Shown piece by piece: positions 37,662 through 51,720 of a stretch of DNA of 64,000 bases; within the stretch, counting starts at the first letter, position 1; each line of letters starts with the position of its first letter. The translations under genes were made by a program, and so were the position numbers. The notes under the pieces were generated by a model, which saw only the letters and a program-made list of their open reading frames with translations, did not search any database and was not told the origin of the DNA. Source of the DNA: Octopus sinensis (lineage: Eukaryota); NCBI RefSeq assembly GCF_006345805.1, contig NC_043003.1, positions 81,840,001 to 81,904,000 of the forward strand, read 5' to 3'.

Positions 37662-38629
37662 AATACACACACCACGCACGCGTGGGCACGCATAGGTTCA
37701 GGATCCAACTCAAGTTATAGATCCAATACAGAGATGGTTCCAGGAACAGCGTTTATATAATATAAGAGCAAAAATGGAATTTCAGTAACGTTTTTTAATA
37801 AATGACTATATCAAGTACATCGGTTACATCGAGAAAAAACTCCTCTTTTATCAGGAGAGTTTAGGTAGGAGAAGATTTCGAGAGACTCGCTTTGCTGGAT
37901 TTCGTCACTCTCCCAGGAACTGCACACTTGTACTTCAGTTAATTCTATCAATTTAAATTCCAGTTTTGCAGTATGGGCAGTACGCTCCTTCTTCACATCC
38001 ATATTTATTATCATTACTGTTACGTGCTATATCGATTTTCTATGCACTACTGGCATGCATCAGTGATGTAACAGTCACGTTATAAACTCTTATCTTTTAA
38101 ATTAGAGAATCGCTTTTAAACAATAGAGTGTATACTCACATACCAGGTTTGTTAACTAATTACAATTGCCATTGGATCTCTTTGCAATGTGTACGTTCTT
38201 TAATGGCCTCGGATAATTAAGTACTATATTTATCACACGAAATCCGAAGTCTATGGTCTTAGCTATATTTATTTACAGAGGTTTCGTGTTGTGATTATTA
38301 CTTTACTAAATCGACTATTACACTGATGGGAGGTTTTCCTCAATTTTAGGAACTTCGTTCAATGAATCTATAACAAAGCTAAGATTTCGCCCAGAATGAC
38401 TGATGTTTGTGTGGTGTTAGTATACAATCCACTTTTCCGAAAGCATTTGCGATATTTTGCTTTTCGGAAGATATCTTCCATAATTTCCCTCCATTCCACC
38501 TTCTTCTTCTAAGACATTAAATGCACTCATCCACACTCTGTGAAAAAAAGGAAAAGAAATTTTCTAAAGATAACATTAGTTGAAATGCCTTCCATAATTC
38601 AAAATTAACTTAACGATCATTATTTAACG

Positions 38630-38683
<54 letters not shown>

Positions 38684-38760
38684 AACTGCTGCTGCTGCTG
38701 GTGCTGGTGCTGCTGCTGTTGCTGTTGCTGCTAATGCTGCTACTACTGCTGCTACTACAA
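38630..38760. repeat. (CTA)n/(CTG)n microsatellite
   Basis: Read directly from the sequence. Confidence 0.95.
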
Positions 38761-39370
38761 ACAAAAGTTGAACGATATTTGAGTGTATTACTTAATCATA
38801 TACGATTTAGAAGGAAAACGGTCAGCTAAATGTAAATTGATGAAATGCTTTGTGGTTGAGAATACTTTTACACATCATTTAAATGCTGCTTTGGAAACCA
38901 CTCTGGTTTCAGTTAGATATGCAGTGATTGGCTGGTATTCCAGTAAGCTACAATTGTTCAGTGATTGGTCTTCTGTTTATGCGCAAAATGACTATATCTG
39001 ATGTCACGCATACACATATATAATAATGCGATATCACATATGACTGATAGTTATTGCTCGGAATCTCAAAGCTATGAATCTCAAAGAATGCTAAATTAAT
39101 AAATAGTCTCAAACCAGATAGTTTCTTTCAGTACTTCTGTGTCCATTTCTTTAAATATAATGTTTGGATTATATTTCTTCTAAAAATAACCATTAAGCAA
39201 TGCTTAAAACTATAACTTGTTCGATTCGGAGTGATAGTTTAAATGGGGGTTAAAACTTAGTATTTGTATGTAAGTATATATTACTATATTATATTTATGA
39301 TTATATACAGGAATTACGGTGACTTTCTTCTTTCGCTTCTCTTATATTCGGACGTAGTCTATCTACCTAT

Positions 39371-39591
39371 TTCTTTACTACCCACAAGGGGCTAAACACA
39401 GAGAGGACAAACAAGGACAGACAAGCGGATTAAGTCGATTATATTGACCCCATTGCGTAACTGGTACTTAATTTATCGATCCCGAAAGGATGAAAGGCAA
39501 AGTCGACCTCGGCGGAATTTGAACTCAGAACGTAACGGCAGACGAAATACGGCTACGCATTTCACCCGGCGTGCTAACGTTTCTGCCAGCT
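39371..39591 (-). mobile_element. SINE family A, young copy with 18-bp target-site duplication
   Basis: CGTAGTCTATCTACCTAT occurs at 39353-39370 and 39592-39609. Confidence 0.93.
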
Positions 39592-40080
39592 CGTAGTCTA
39601 TCTACCTATCCATCCCTCCATCCATCCATTTATCTATCTAGCTTTTCATCTCTCTCTCATACAGACACAACAGCATAAATCAAAGGAGATTATAAACATA
39701 AATATATGTATAAGAATCCATGTAGGTTACAACGTTTCTATATGAGCGATTTGCGATGAATTTAGTGGTGAGTCACCTAATGACCTAATGAGAATATGAT
39801 TCCTACTAAGAGAAGACATATACGGTTTTCTCTCTCGACATTTATCTCCGTCGTTCTCCGTGAGGTAACAATATAGAAAGAATGCTCATACATTCTTATA
39901 TTTTTAAATACGCATTGAGGTTTATATTTAAATGTGTGTCTACATATATATGAATGTACATAATTAATAATATCAGGGTAATGAAGATTTTAGAAATTCT
40001 TACTACCAGTGGTCTAGCGTATAGAAAAATAGTCAATAGACAATATATTATTCATATAAAATACAGTGTACATTCAAACA

Positions 40081-40152
40081 CATTAAGAGGTTTCCATCAT
40101 TGGAATCCCTTAAGCTAGAAGAAAGGATTTCTATGATGGAATCCTCTTAATG
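40081..40152. other. 72-nt imperfect hairpin (31-bp stem, 10-nt loop), pre-miRNA-like or MITE relic
   Basis: 40081-40111 pairs with 40122-40152, with 3 mismatches and 1 G-U. Confidence 0.45.
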
Positions 40153-40154
40153 CC

Positions 40155-40203
40155 TTTAAATGTACACTGTATTTTATATATGAATGTATTTATGTATGTA
40201 TAT

Positions 40204-40261
<58 letters not shown>

Positions 40262-40410
40262 GTGTGTGTGTGTGTGTGCGTGCGTGTATATATATATACA
40301 TATATATGTGTATAAATGTATGTATATATGCATATATGTATGTATAATATATGTATATATATGCATATGTATGTATACATATATATATATATATATACAT
40401 GTATGTATAT
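40155..40410. repeat. (TA)n/(TG)n compound microsatellite
   Basis: Read directly from the sequence. Confidence 0.95.
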
Positions 40411-40734
40411 CTGTAAATAGCAATAATATTTTGCAAGCTTAAAGCTAATAGGCGCTCACCGTGTATTGACTAAAGAAAATATTCTAATATTGGGACATAA
40501 AATTGTGTGAATTAAGTCGTAATTTTATAAGGAATTAAAAGCAGCCGATGATTTATAGCAACCTACCAAATTATGACTACTCAAGTAAAAAAATTCAATA
40601 TCTCTATAAAAAGTTATGATAGTTTTGTTGCATGTATATTTCATAGTGACAGTAAGAGTTTTATATTTAAATTCGTATTCAATGTCTAATATGATTTTTT
40701 TAGAAATAATCGGAAACTAACTGTCCAAGATCAG

Positions 40735-41146
40735 CAGTTAGTCGTGAGGAAACCAATTGATTACATCAGTTCAAGTATACAACTGGTAGTTATTTTGCCG
40801 AACTCACAATTAATAATGGCAAAGTCGATGTGGATGGAATTTCAACTTCGACCGTAAAGCCCGAATAAATGCGACTAAACATATTGTCTGGCGTACCAAG
40901 TATTCTTTCAGCTCCTCGCAGCCTTATACTAGTAATATTATTAATATTAATAATCATAATTCATGATGATGATGATGAGGAGGAGGAGGAAGGGGGGAAT
41001 TAAAAATCCTTTCTACTAAACACATAGGACCTGGACATTTAGAGGAGAGGGCTAGTCGATTACATTAACTCCAGTGCTTAACTGGTATTTTATATCATCG
41101 ACCCAGGAATGGTAAAAGGCAAGTCGACCTGGGCGGAATTTGAACT
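40735..41146 (-). mobile_element. two degenerate or partial SINE family A copies
   Basis: GGCAAAGTCGATGTGGATGGAATTTCAAC (~40820) and GGCAAGTCGACCTGGGCGGAATTTGAAC (~41120). Confidence 0.7.
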
Positions 41147-43149
41147 ACATACCAATATACATATGTATGTATATATGTATGTATATAGATACGTACATTG
41201 TCACATATAAATATATTTATATGTGTGTGTGTGTGTGTGCGCGTGTGTGGGTGTCTGTAACTAAATACTATTGGAAAGCATGCAGTTTCAAACTTTTTAT
41301 ATCTCGTTATATTAAAGTTATCTTTAAATCAGGAATCAGTCTTTCTAATAAACCGATCAGAATATCAAATATTTTGAAGTATAAAAAGAGAAGTGCCAAC
41401 TATCTGTAGTGATAAATATTTATTATTCTTCAAATTTTTACTTTCTCGCATTTACATTATCTTCTTCCTATATATTTTTGTGAAAGTTATCCCCATTTCC
41501 ATAAAAAAATACCACGAACTATATTTCCTGAATTGTTTACCGAAGTTTGAATATTATCATTTCCCTCCGGTAGTACAAATTAAATTTTCACTTTGATCAG
41601 CAATTTATTATTACTGAAATTGAAGAGCTCTTGCGAGTTTTGTATAATTCCTTAGATATTATATGTTAACTCAGGTGACGTGGTTTTAAGTTTTGTGTTA
41701 TATATTCTTTCATACTCATTTCGAGACGATTTGTTAAAACATAAATCCCAACAAATAAAACCTTAGATAATTAAATAAGAAATAATTTGAATGATTCATT
41801 GGTCTATACCAACATTTAGTTTTTCTATATATCATTGGGCTGATATGAGAAAAGCGCTCACTATTACAGTTATGCATACATACACACATCTCATTCTCTA
41901 TTGGCAAGAAATATTAAAATAAATCTGAATAATGTCATACATACATACATACATTTATTGAGGCGGTAAAGTTTTTCCCCACTGAATAGTGAGACTCTTT
42001 ACAAAATTATGCAAATTTCCTTTAAAACGATTGTTATTAAATGGATAGAATTAAATATTACAAGCACTCAAAACGTATCTTCCAAAACTTCTTTGCTAAA
42101 TAATGCACTCTATATACAATGTCCGGTAAGAATATTTAGAATTATGACGATGCATGATGTTACAGTTATATATAGAACTTAACAGAGCGTACACCATTCA
42201 ATACATTCACAGTTATTATGTTACAGTTGTTAGTTTAGCAGCTCAGATCTGGTTGTAGTGTACTATGTCTATGTTGCAGGAAAATTGCCTTATCATATTC
42301 ATGAGGGCAATGTGTAAGTTATTGGATATTTGGGCATATTTCTGGAACTAGATCGCAAAGACATCATAACTGGCTCTTCATCCGTTATGTCATTGTTTTT
42401 TAGGCACAGGTGAGTATCATTAGTGCAGCCTAATTGTCAAAATAATTCCAGTATTGAGGCTGATATTCTTTTCCAATTTTTTCATCGGTGAAATGATTCT
42501 AGGACTAAATTATCCATCGAGTTCATTCTGTAGGTGCTAGCCAGCGCTTTGAAGATAATTTGGTTATTTCGAGCAATTGCATTGAGGCTCTACGTTTGGC
42601 TTATGCATATCTCTATGCGAAGCGGCGATATCTGAAAATATCTAAAATTTCTGACAGAAGATTAGCTGACCGATCGCATCTTAATTCTTAATTGAATTCA
42701 TTCATAGTTTCTGGTCAGAGAATAGTTGATGAGAAATTCAAGTGTTTTCTACAGAAAGAAAATGAACACTAGTAGTTATTCATAACATTAAAAAGTGCTG
42801 TAGACATATATGGCTCATTGAAATTACCACCAAAAGGAAACTATTTGTTACGATATTTTTTAGTAACATTTACTAAATAGTCTTGTTGCGTCTCTGGAAT
42901 TTCCCCATACATAGTAAATTTCAAGCTCCATAATTATTCTGTTAACGATCATGAACACCATCAAATCAGACACACTTTAGATATAAAATGTTTAAATGTC
43001 CCATGTGATGAGGTATGACCTCGTTTGACAACATATTCATGTCTACGTTAATACTATAATATGGGTGAGCATTTACACAATTCTACGTTGAATTTAATAT
43101 CACAATGAAAGACATTGGTTAATTTCAGTATCTGTTATTATTTACTATG

Positions 43150-43800
43150 TACTGGGTGGTGAGCTGTCAAATCGATATCAATCGAATGTAATGTTTAGTG
43201 ACATTTCTTCTACTTTCACATTGCAAGTTCGAATTCCGGCGAGGTCGATATTGCCTTTTGTCCGCCCAGAGTCAGTAAAATTCTTACTTGTTGAGCATTA
43301 CCGACTTTCATCTTCTGCTTAAAATTACTGGTCTTGTTCTAAAACTTAAAAGAATTATTTATTATAAAACCAGAACAAGGATTTACCGAAATGATTCAAG
43401 AGGCATTGTGTTATTTCTTTCGGATCTAATCATATTTAACTTTAAAAGAAGTCTAATAAACTTTGCCCTTTATCATACTGTGGTGGATTTAGTTTGGCCA
43501 AACCCTCCGACCAGATATTTGGTTTCGTTATGATAGCATGCATGTAAATTGCCTACAAATTTTAGTACAAGGCCAGCACGTTCTCGGGGTGGTCCATTAC
43601 CTCGATCACGGTGCTTACAGAATTTCATGTTGGCTATTATACCAAGGATATCTGCTTTATAAGCATATTTAAGTCAGTGTGTGTTACTATTTCATCAATA
43701 CTACCACGTTATGACGGAATTTGAACTCAATCCGTAAAAACGGTAGAAATGCCGCTAGCCATTTTGGCCAGCGTGCTAACGATTCTGCTACTTCACCGTC
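43150..43800. mobile_element. degenerate SINE family A copies (+ at 43150-43320; - split at 43555-43620 and 43710-43800)
   Basis: GTTCGAATTCCGGCGAGGTCGATATTGCCTTT and GGAATTTGAACTCAATCCGTAAA...GCTAACGATTCTGC. Confidence 0.65.
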
Positions 43801-45882
43801 TTTTATGTATTAGAAACATAACTCAGTAAAATTTTAGTAGAGGATATTTATTTAATATTTTATACGGTGTAGATAGTATTAACTGTACGCTTATGAGTTA
43901 TTGTACAGATTGGACAAGTACGGTCGAATTCAGCTCCATACAAGTATAATGTTGATGACAGATTAATACCGATGCGCGTTTATATTAATCAATAAGGTCA
44001 GCTGCATTCATTGATTCCTGGAAGAGTGTCGAAAAGGTCTATCATCGTAAACATGCAGCTGGTTAAGAAAGAAAATCTAGTTGGACTGTAAGTAACTTTG
44101 TGTCCGTTAATCCAACATTAATATTCCTTATGTCAAACGTTCAGACATCTCTTGAACACAAGACCAAATTTACCAATTCGGACGAAAACTAACGTCATTT
44201 ATATTCCTACTGTCTGTTTAGTCTCCAGATTTAAACTGTGAGCTGTTAAACTTTAGCAAGACTTAATACAGTCGAAGTAATTAAATATATCAAACAGATT
44301 AATCTATCTACTAGAAAACTAAATTGATTGCGTGAACAACCAGCAATAGACACTTTCTAATATCTTCCATATTAACCGGCATGAATGTTTCCTGAAAATT
44401 TAATGAGCAAATTTTATAATACTCAAGTTTACTTTTTATAAATGAACTTTAAGCGGGAAGTATTACGTATTTTGTAATCGCATTGGCAGACATTAAATTC
44501 CATGAATTACAAAAATAAAATATACATGGCTATGATATGCGGGCAAAATAAAGTACGATATTTTAATTTTTTTTTATATATGTAAATGTCCTATTTACAA
44601 ATACACACATATACATAATTATTTAAGATATGTCTTCTACTCAGATTGTTAGACATACAGATGAAATTGCCATATCCATTTTTAAAGGTTATATAGACAT
44701 ACACACACTCATATCCTTTAGCAAATATAGTAATGGGTATCGGGTGGGATTGTGTGCTGTTACATGCACTATCCCCAAAATATTCCTGCCCATCTAAAAT
44801 GCCTACACTGTAAAGAAATTCCGGAAAAACAAACTGAGCGATGCTTTAAACGAGAAATGTGAATAGTTCCATTTATGTAATCTGGGTTACACACTTACTC
44901 GTTTGATAAAGAATGCATTTTAAAACTGAATTTTAATGTTTTAACTACGTGTCGTCATATAAAACACAATGCGTAGTGAAAATAACCGGATGGGGAAAGG
45001 ATAAAGTTTGTTAAATAGTGTGTAATCCTGTGAGGTGTTACTCTCTAATTAGATAACAGAAACTTGTCGAGACGCATAGAAATTGTAAAGATCTCAGAGG
45101 TTGGGTTTCAAAGGATAAGGCAGTTCTGCGATTTAATTATGACGAGTGATGTTTCGGCTATGAACAGCCTGAAGGTTTTTGACCGCAGATGTGGCCTAGT
45201 TTTCGTTACGCTGCTCAGCTTAAAGCCGTGTGTTGTACAGCCTTTGTTCAAGTCGTAGATGTGACTTGCTGGCTTTGTGCCTTTTATTTTATATATATTA
45301 GTGTCTTTTTTTCGGTTCACTTATGAATTAATTTCAGAGAGTTTAAAGATTCTAATAACTGTCTTACTGTACTTACAGAATTTCCTGTCAGCTAGACTAC
45401 ACTTCAAATAGAGGTTTAAGTTATAGCGTCCCGCGGTAGTGGGTGTCAACTCAGGATAAAAATATAGGGTCTTCAAGCGCATTCATCTCATCAGGTTTTC
45501 GACATACACTAGGGATATTCTAAAACGTAGGTAATTGGGCGGTGTCGGCATAATTCTTAAAAGCAACATCTCTTATGGCTAAATTACCAGCCATATGTAA
45601 TAACATGCACTTTAGCCTATTTCATTCGACTACTCGTAATAGACATGTTTTATATGACAACACTTTGCTAAAACACATTAAACACAGTAAACACTAAACA
45701 TTAATAATATTATTCAGTTAACGGATAAAGAGACATAATCTGGACTGCATGAAAGCAATTATTTTCCTTTTTTAAAGACGTTTCTCAAGATATTCTCGTT
45801 TTTCTTCCTGGAGTAGTTAATTTACTTATTGATTAATGAAATAGTTACATTAAGTTATTCTCATACAAAATAAACAATACTT

Positions 45883-45938
<56 letters not shown>

Positions 45939-46036
45939 CTCTTTGTATCTACGTGTATACATTCATGATTGTATGTATAAAGAAACATATTTATCTATCT
46001 ACACATATGAATGTGTGTATATATATGTATATATAA

Positions 46037-46092
<56 letters not shown>

Positions 46093-46208
46093 AGATTTTA
46101 CCAAAAAACAAAAGACGAAGACAGGTGGTGTACAAAACAAACATATGTATTAGTATAACGCTCAAGAATAGAAAAAGTCTTTTACGTTTCGAGCCTACGC
46201 TCTTCTAC

Positions 46209-46241
<33 letters not shown>

Positions 46242-47501
46242 ATATATATTACAGTTTCCCTGACGTACCTGTTTGCTTGAAGTATTTAAATATATAGAAA
46301 GAGTTTGTTTTGTTCAATGGAAAGCTTCACACAATATGACATTCGTATAACTTATGAATCCTTTATATTTCGGACAAAGTACTCATTCATAGAGAAAAAC
46401 AGTTAAAGAAACTTCATTGATACATCATCTGTTGCTGTAATGATAGTACCGACAGCATTAGTAAAGTTGATGAAGCAGCAGCTGCAGAAGTGGCAATCGT
46501 ATTGGTTATACTAACACTAGATGTAGCAAATACTGTAGCGACAGGCGTAGATGCAGCAGCAGTGGTAGTACTGTAGTGTCAGTATTTGTATTAGCTGTGA
46601 CCGTGACAGTATTAATAGCAATAATAGTACGAGCAATAACAGTAATAGTCAGACTATATTAAACATTAGGTTTAGCGTGATTGACTGCCGATAGGCGGGT
46701 CAGACTGCAGATGTAGAAGATTTTGCTGTGTTTGGTGCACTGTATTTATTATATAATATAGGTATGAGGGAATATATCCGTATCGCTGGTGTGTTTGTTG
46801 GATAAGCGGACATGCGGAATACAGTAGGTTGGGTTGTTTTTTTTTATCGAAAGCTGTATATTATATAGCACGTGCCGACCATCAGCAGTCATTCAATGTT
46901 AGGTCAAATGGTATTATAAGCAGAATACCACTTCTGCTTTTAACGATGTTGCTACTGCTGCTGCAATAATTATTACCGTTACCGTTTTTGAAAAATGCTG
47001 CTGTTAAAACTGCAACAGTCAGTAGTGCGACTGTAACTGCCAATACTATTCATACTAATGTTATTACTGCTGCTACAAAACTACTACCGCTATTACTGCT
47101 GTCGCTTTGACTAATTGCGGTACTACTGCCTAAACTCTCACGGTGACAGAGACGAATCAGTGAAGTCATTTTAACTAATATTTCTTTAAATATTTTTTCG
47201 TTTTGGGATTTGGTTTGCCAGATTCTTTATTTGAGTTCGTGTGTTGAAGCATATTCTGTTGTGCCTGGGGGGAGTCACTTTCTTTTTATGTCTTATAATG
47301 TAACACTCTCACCGGTAAAATTTCCACTAATTTCTTATTTTTACTTTCCTAAAATTTTCGTTGCTTCTTGCAACCTTTTCAATAGTCTTGACTTCTGCAA
47401 AAAGGTATTTTGCCCGAAATATAAGGAACTAATAAATACTACATATTTCACAATATGCAAACTTTCCATTAAACTCTCATTTCATATGCATTTGCTGTCT
47501 A

Positions 47502-47597
<96 letters not shown>

Positions 47598-48689
47598 GTA
47601 CTTATGTATGTGACACTTTGTATGTGCGCACGTGCAGCTGTGTGTGGTTTTCGTAGTGATGGTGTAAGTATTGAATATGTATGGGGTATATGTTATGTAG
47701 TAATTGAACAATATCTGATATTGAATGCATTGTGAAATATAGAGACAAGTGTTTTTAGCATCATAAAATATAACACCTATTTCACGATGATATCTACTCT
47801 GACTATGAAGGAACACAACACCAATTCTTTATTTTGTGAACGTATGGAAATGTTCTGAAAAGCATTTTCTCTTTACATAAACGATTTAATTGCATACATA
47901 TCTAGTCCACTACGTGATTTTATATTCCATACTGCATAAAGTTATTAATGATATTGTGGTTCAAACACGCTAGGTCCTAACTAAATTTGTCTCTTTGTAC
48001 TGTTCTTTTTAGTCAAACTAAATCAAACTTATCATTTTCGTCATAAAGCGTTTTTAAAAATGGTTAATTTCTTGATATTGCTCGATGCTCATATCTAAGA
48101 GTTTTAGAACTTCAAATAAGATATAAGCTGTTATTTTCTGTTCAGGTCTAAATGTATCTAAAAATCTAGCAACCAATAGGTTGCTTGATTTTTATGTACA
48201 TTTTGGAAATTAGATTTCAGTTACAAGCTTATGGTGTTAGTTTATATGTAATTATTTTTCTTGTTTCTCGTTTTTCTGTTTTAATGATGACGTTTCTAAT
48301 AGGATTTATACTTCGCCATGAGAGATATAGTTCTTAGAACATGACAGAATTCCAGAAGGATATTAGTAAACAAATTTCACTCTCACGACGTTTTCATGTT
48401 CATAGGATTAGCCAATATAGTGAGGGTGACACAAATTTGTTAACCACATAGTACAGTCTGCAGCTATCGTTTAGAAAATTTCATTTATGATATGGATTCA
48501 TCTTTGCATCTGTATGAATGGCAAAGGTGCTGCTAACTGAGAACCTTAATAAATTAACCTTTCAGTAAGCGTAATTGGTCCATTTGAACGCTTCCTATAG
48601 CAAATCAAAGTCAACCGGACCACCACTATGAACACCGTCACCATTACACAAATGCTACCACAACTAAGACCTATATTACTACTACTACT

Positions 48690-49009
48690 ATTTTTTATTT
48701 ATGCGACCTTTTTCAAGCCTAACCAGGCTCATGGACCCGGTTTCCCAGTTTCTATGGCGTATGCGCCCCCCCCCACCGCTGGACGAGACGCCAGTGTATC
48801 GCAGCGTTACTCAAGAAACAGGAAGAAAGTGTGAGAGAAATTTGGGGCGAAAGTGTAAAACAGGGGTCGCCACCACCCCCTGTTGGATCCTCGTGGTGCT
48901 TTAGGTGTTTTCGCTCAATAAACACACACAGCGCCCGGTCTGGGGATCGAAACCGCGATCCTCAGATCACGAGTCCGCTGCCCTAACCATTGGGCCATTG
49001 CGCCTCCAC
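48690..49009 (-). mobile_element. tRNA-derived SINE, family D (V-domain-like centre)
   Basis: Minus strand: A box TGGCCCAATGG, B box GGTTTCGATCCCC, central CTGCGATACACTGGCGTCTCGTCCAG, A-rich/(TAG)n tail. Flanked by ACTACTAC on both sides. Confidence 0.8.
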
Positions 49010-49726
49010 ACTACTACTACAACTATTGCTGCTGCTGCTGCTACTACTATTATTACACACACACACACACACACATATTCACATATAGAAACATTTACAC
49101 GTGGGCGCGTGCACTTACGTAAATTATTGATTGTATGCAAATATATAGAATACGTGTGCATACCTTTGAATATATTTATATACAACTTGGTTTGTAATAT
49201 TACCTAAGGTAAATTCCGTAAACTAGACATAACCGATACTTCTACTGCATGAAACAGATATTCTCCTATCAAATATATCCAATATACTCTCTAATGCATT
49301 CATGGCATTTTTTGTTCACCTTCCCAGTTTGACATAATAGCGTTTGCATTGAATATTGTGTTCTATGATTGGGCATATTCTAACGTGCAGAACATTCCGT
49401 TTTTGTGTATATTTTTCTTCCAATGTTGCTTACTTTCCATTTCTGATATTTTTCTGTTGCGTAAACGGAATATATATTAATATTTCCTTTAATGTTAAAA
49501 ATGTTTCAATCTGCTTTCCAATAAATTTCCTGTGTATTCATCTCTAATGTCGTCAAGTTCAGGTATGTTTATATAAAATCATTTAAGTAGATATCACTGA
49601 GAATATATGAACGTTAGTTTGCGCTTGCATTAAACTCGAGAATATATTTCAAGTTTGGTCACTTCTTAACAAACCCATGAATATAACTGCATAATATGCA
49701 TTGTGAGTTAGTACGTTTGTGGGTTT

Positions 49727-49947
49727 ACTCTTTACTCTTTTACTTGTTTCAGTCATTTGACTGTGGCCATGCTGGATCACCGCCTTTAGTCGAGCAACTC
49801 GACACCAGGACTTATTCTTTGTAAGCCTAGTACTTATTCTATCGGGCTCTTTTGCCGAACCGCGAAGTTACGGCGACGTAAACACATCAGCATCGGTTGT
49901 CAAGTGATGTTGGGGGTACAAACACAGACACACACACACACACACAC

Positions 49948-50015
<68 letters not shown>

Positions 50016-50200
50016 GATAGATAGATAGATAGATATACGTATATACGACGAGCTTCTTTCCGTTTCCGTCTACCAAATTCACTCACAAGTCTTTGGTCGA
50101 CCCGAGGCTATAGTAGAAGACACTTGCCCAAGTTAGCTCGCAGTGGGACTGAACCCGGAACCATGTGGCTGGTAAACAAGCTACTTACCACACAGCCACA
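49727..50200 (-). mobile_element. SINE family B, full length with expanded internal microsatellite
   Basis: Same head and tail as 24940-25340. Confidence 0.92.
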
Positions 50201-50458
50201 GGTTGTTTTGGAGGAATATATAACACGGAGTAAGGGGAATGACTGAGTGAATTAAAATATTGGTTGAGGGCAATGGAATCATGTTAAGAGGAATCGCGGG
50301 TAAATAAGAGAGAGGCTTCTGTCATGAAGAAAAAAATTAAATAGTGACTAACTTCATATAGCCTCACACACATACATTACACATGCGTATAATCGCACGC
50401 GTCTATCCGTGAGAGTGTGCTTGTGGTATGTGGTGTGCATTACATGTATGTATGTATG

Positions 50459-50507
<49 letters not shown>

Positions 50508-50531
50508 ATATACATATATATATACGCACAC

Positions 50532-50598
<67 letters not shown>

Positions 50599-51043
50599 TG
50601 GATAGATAGATAGATAGATATACGTATATACGACGAGCTTCTTTCCGTTTCCGTCTACCAAATTCACTCACAAGTCTTTGGTCGACCCGAGGCTATAGTA
50701 GAAGACACTTGCCCAAGTTAGCTCGCAGTGGGACTGAACCCGGAACCATGTGGCTGGTAAACAAGCTACTTACCACACAGCCACAGGTTGTTTTGGAGGA
50801 ATATATAACACGGAGTAAGGGGAATGACTGAGTGAATTAAAATATTGGTTGAGGGCAATGGAATCATGTTAAGAGGAATCGCGGGTAAATAAGAGAGAGG
50901 CTTCTGTCATGAAGAAAAAAATTAAATAGTGACTAACTTCATATAGCCTCACACACATACATTACACATGCGTATAATCGCACGCGTCTATCCGTGAGAG
51001 TGTGCTTGTGGTATGTGGTGTGCATTACATGTATGTATGTATG

Positions 51044-51098
<55 letters not shown>

Positions 51099-51122
51099 AT
51101 ATACATATATATATACGCACAC

Positions 51123-51165
<43 letters not shown>
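49990..51165. repeat. 585-nt tandem duplication bounded by (TA)n
   Basis: GATGG at 50012 and 50597, CCCGAGG at 50101 and 50686. The non-microsatellite parts look identical. Confidence 0.95.
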
Positions 51166-51169
<4 letters not shown>

Positions 51170-51539
51170 ACGCGCACACACACAATTACATGATGTAATG
51201 TTGCATGCATTAGCGGAAGCAGAATTATATTACTGATATGCAATAGTCCATTTCTGGAAATCGAAATTTCTTAGCAGAACACAATGAGATTTCTCCAAGG
51301 TGCATACGGCATGCATTAAATTCTATTTGATAAATAAACGATTTCTTAATCATGATCGTGGTGAAAAGTTTACTTGCTTGTTTTGTTTTTCATCCAACCG
51401 TCAGTTTCCTGTTATCTAACTCTGTAAAGAAACTGTAGACATTATTTTATATACACATCCCAGGAATATTATTCGTAAGCAAATTGGGTAGAAAGGAGGA
51501 ATAATCTATTGGTATAACATTTATATATCTTCTATCTGT

Positions 51540-51720
51540 TGTTCCAGTCTCTGGATTGCTGCTATTGTGGGGCGCCACCTTCAAGGGTTTTAGTGGAACC
51601 ATGTGTACCATAGGATTTATATATTTTGAATTCCGGTATTTATACTAAGTAAACCTACACCGGTTCTCAAGAATTTGGTGGAGATAAACACAAGCACAAT
51701 GATAAAAGCACACATACGCA
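51540..51720 (-). mobile_element. SINE family B 3' fragment (diverged)
   Basis: GGGGCGCCACCTTCAAGGGTTTTAGT...ACACCGGTTCTCAAG...GGAGATAAACAC. Confidence 0.6.

Noticed and set aside
48935-49009. tRNA-like sequence with A and B boxes
   Set aside because: It continues into a SINE body and lacks an intact acceptor stem, so it is not a tRNA gene. No true tRNA or rRNA was seen in the window.
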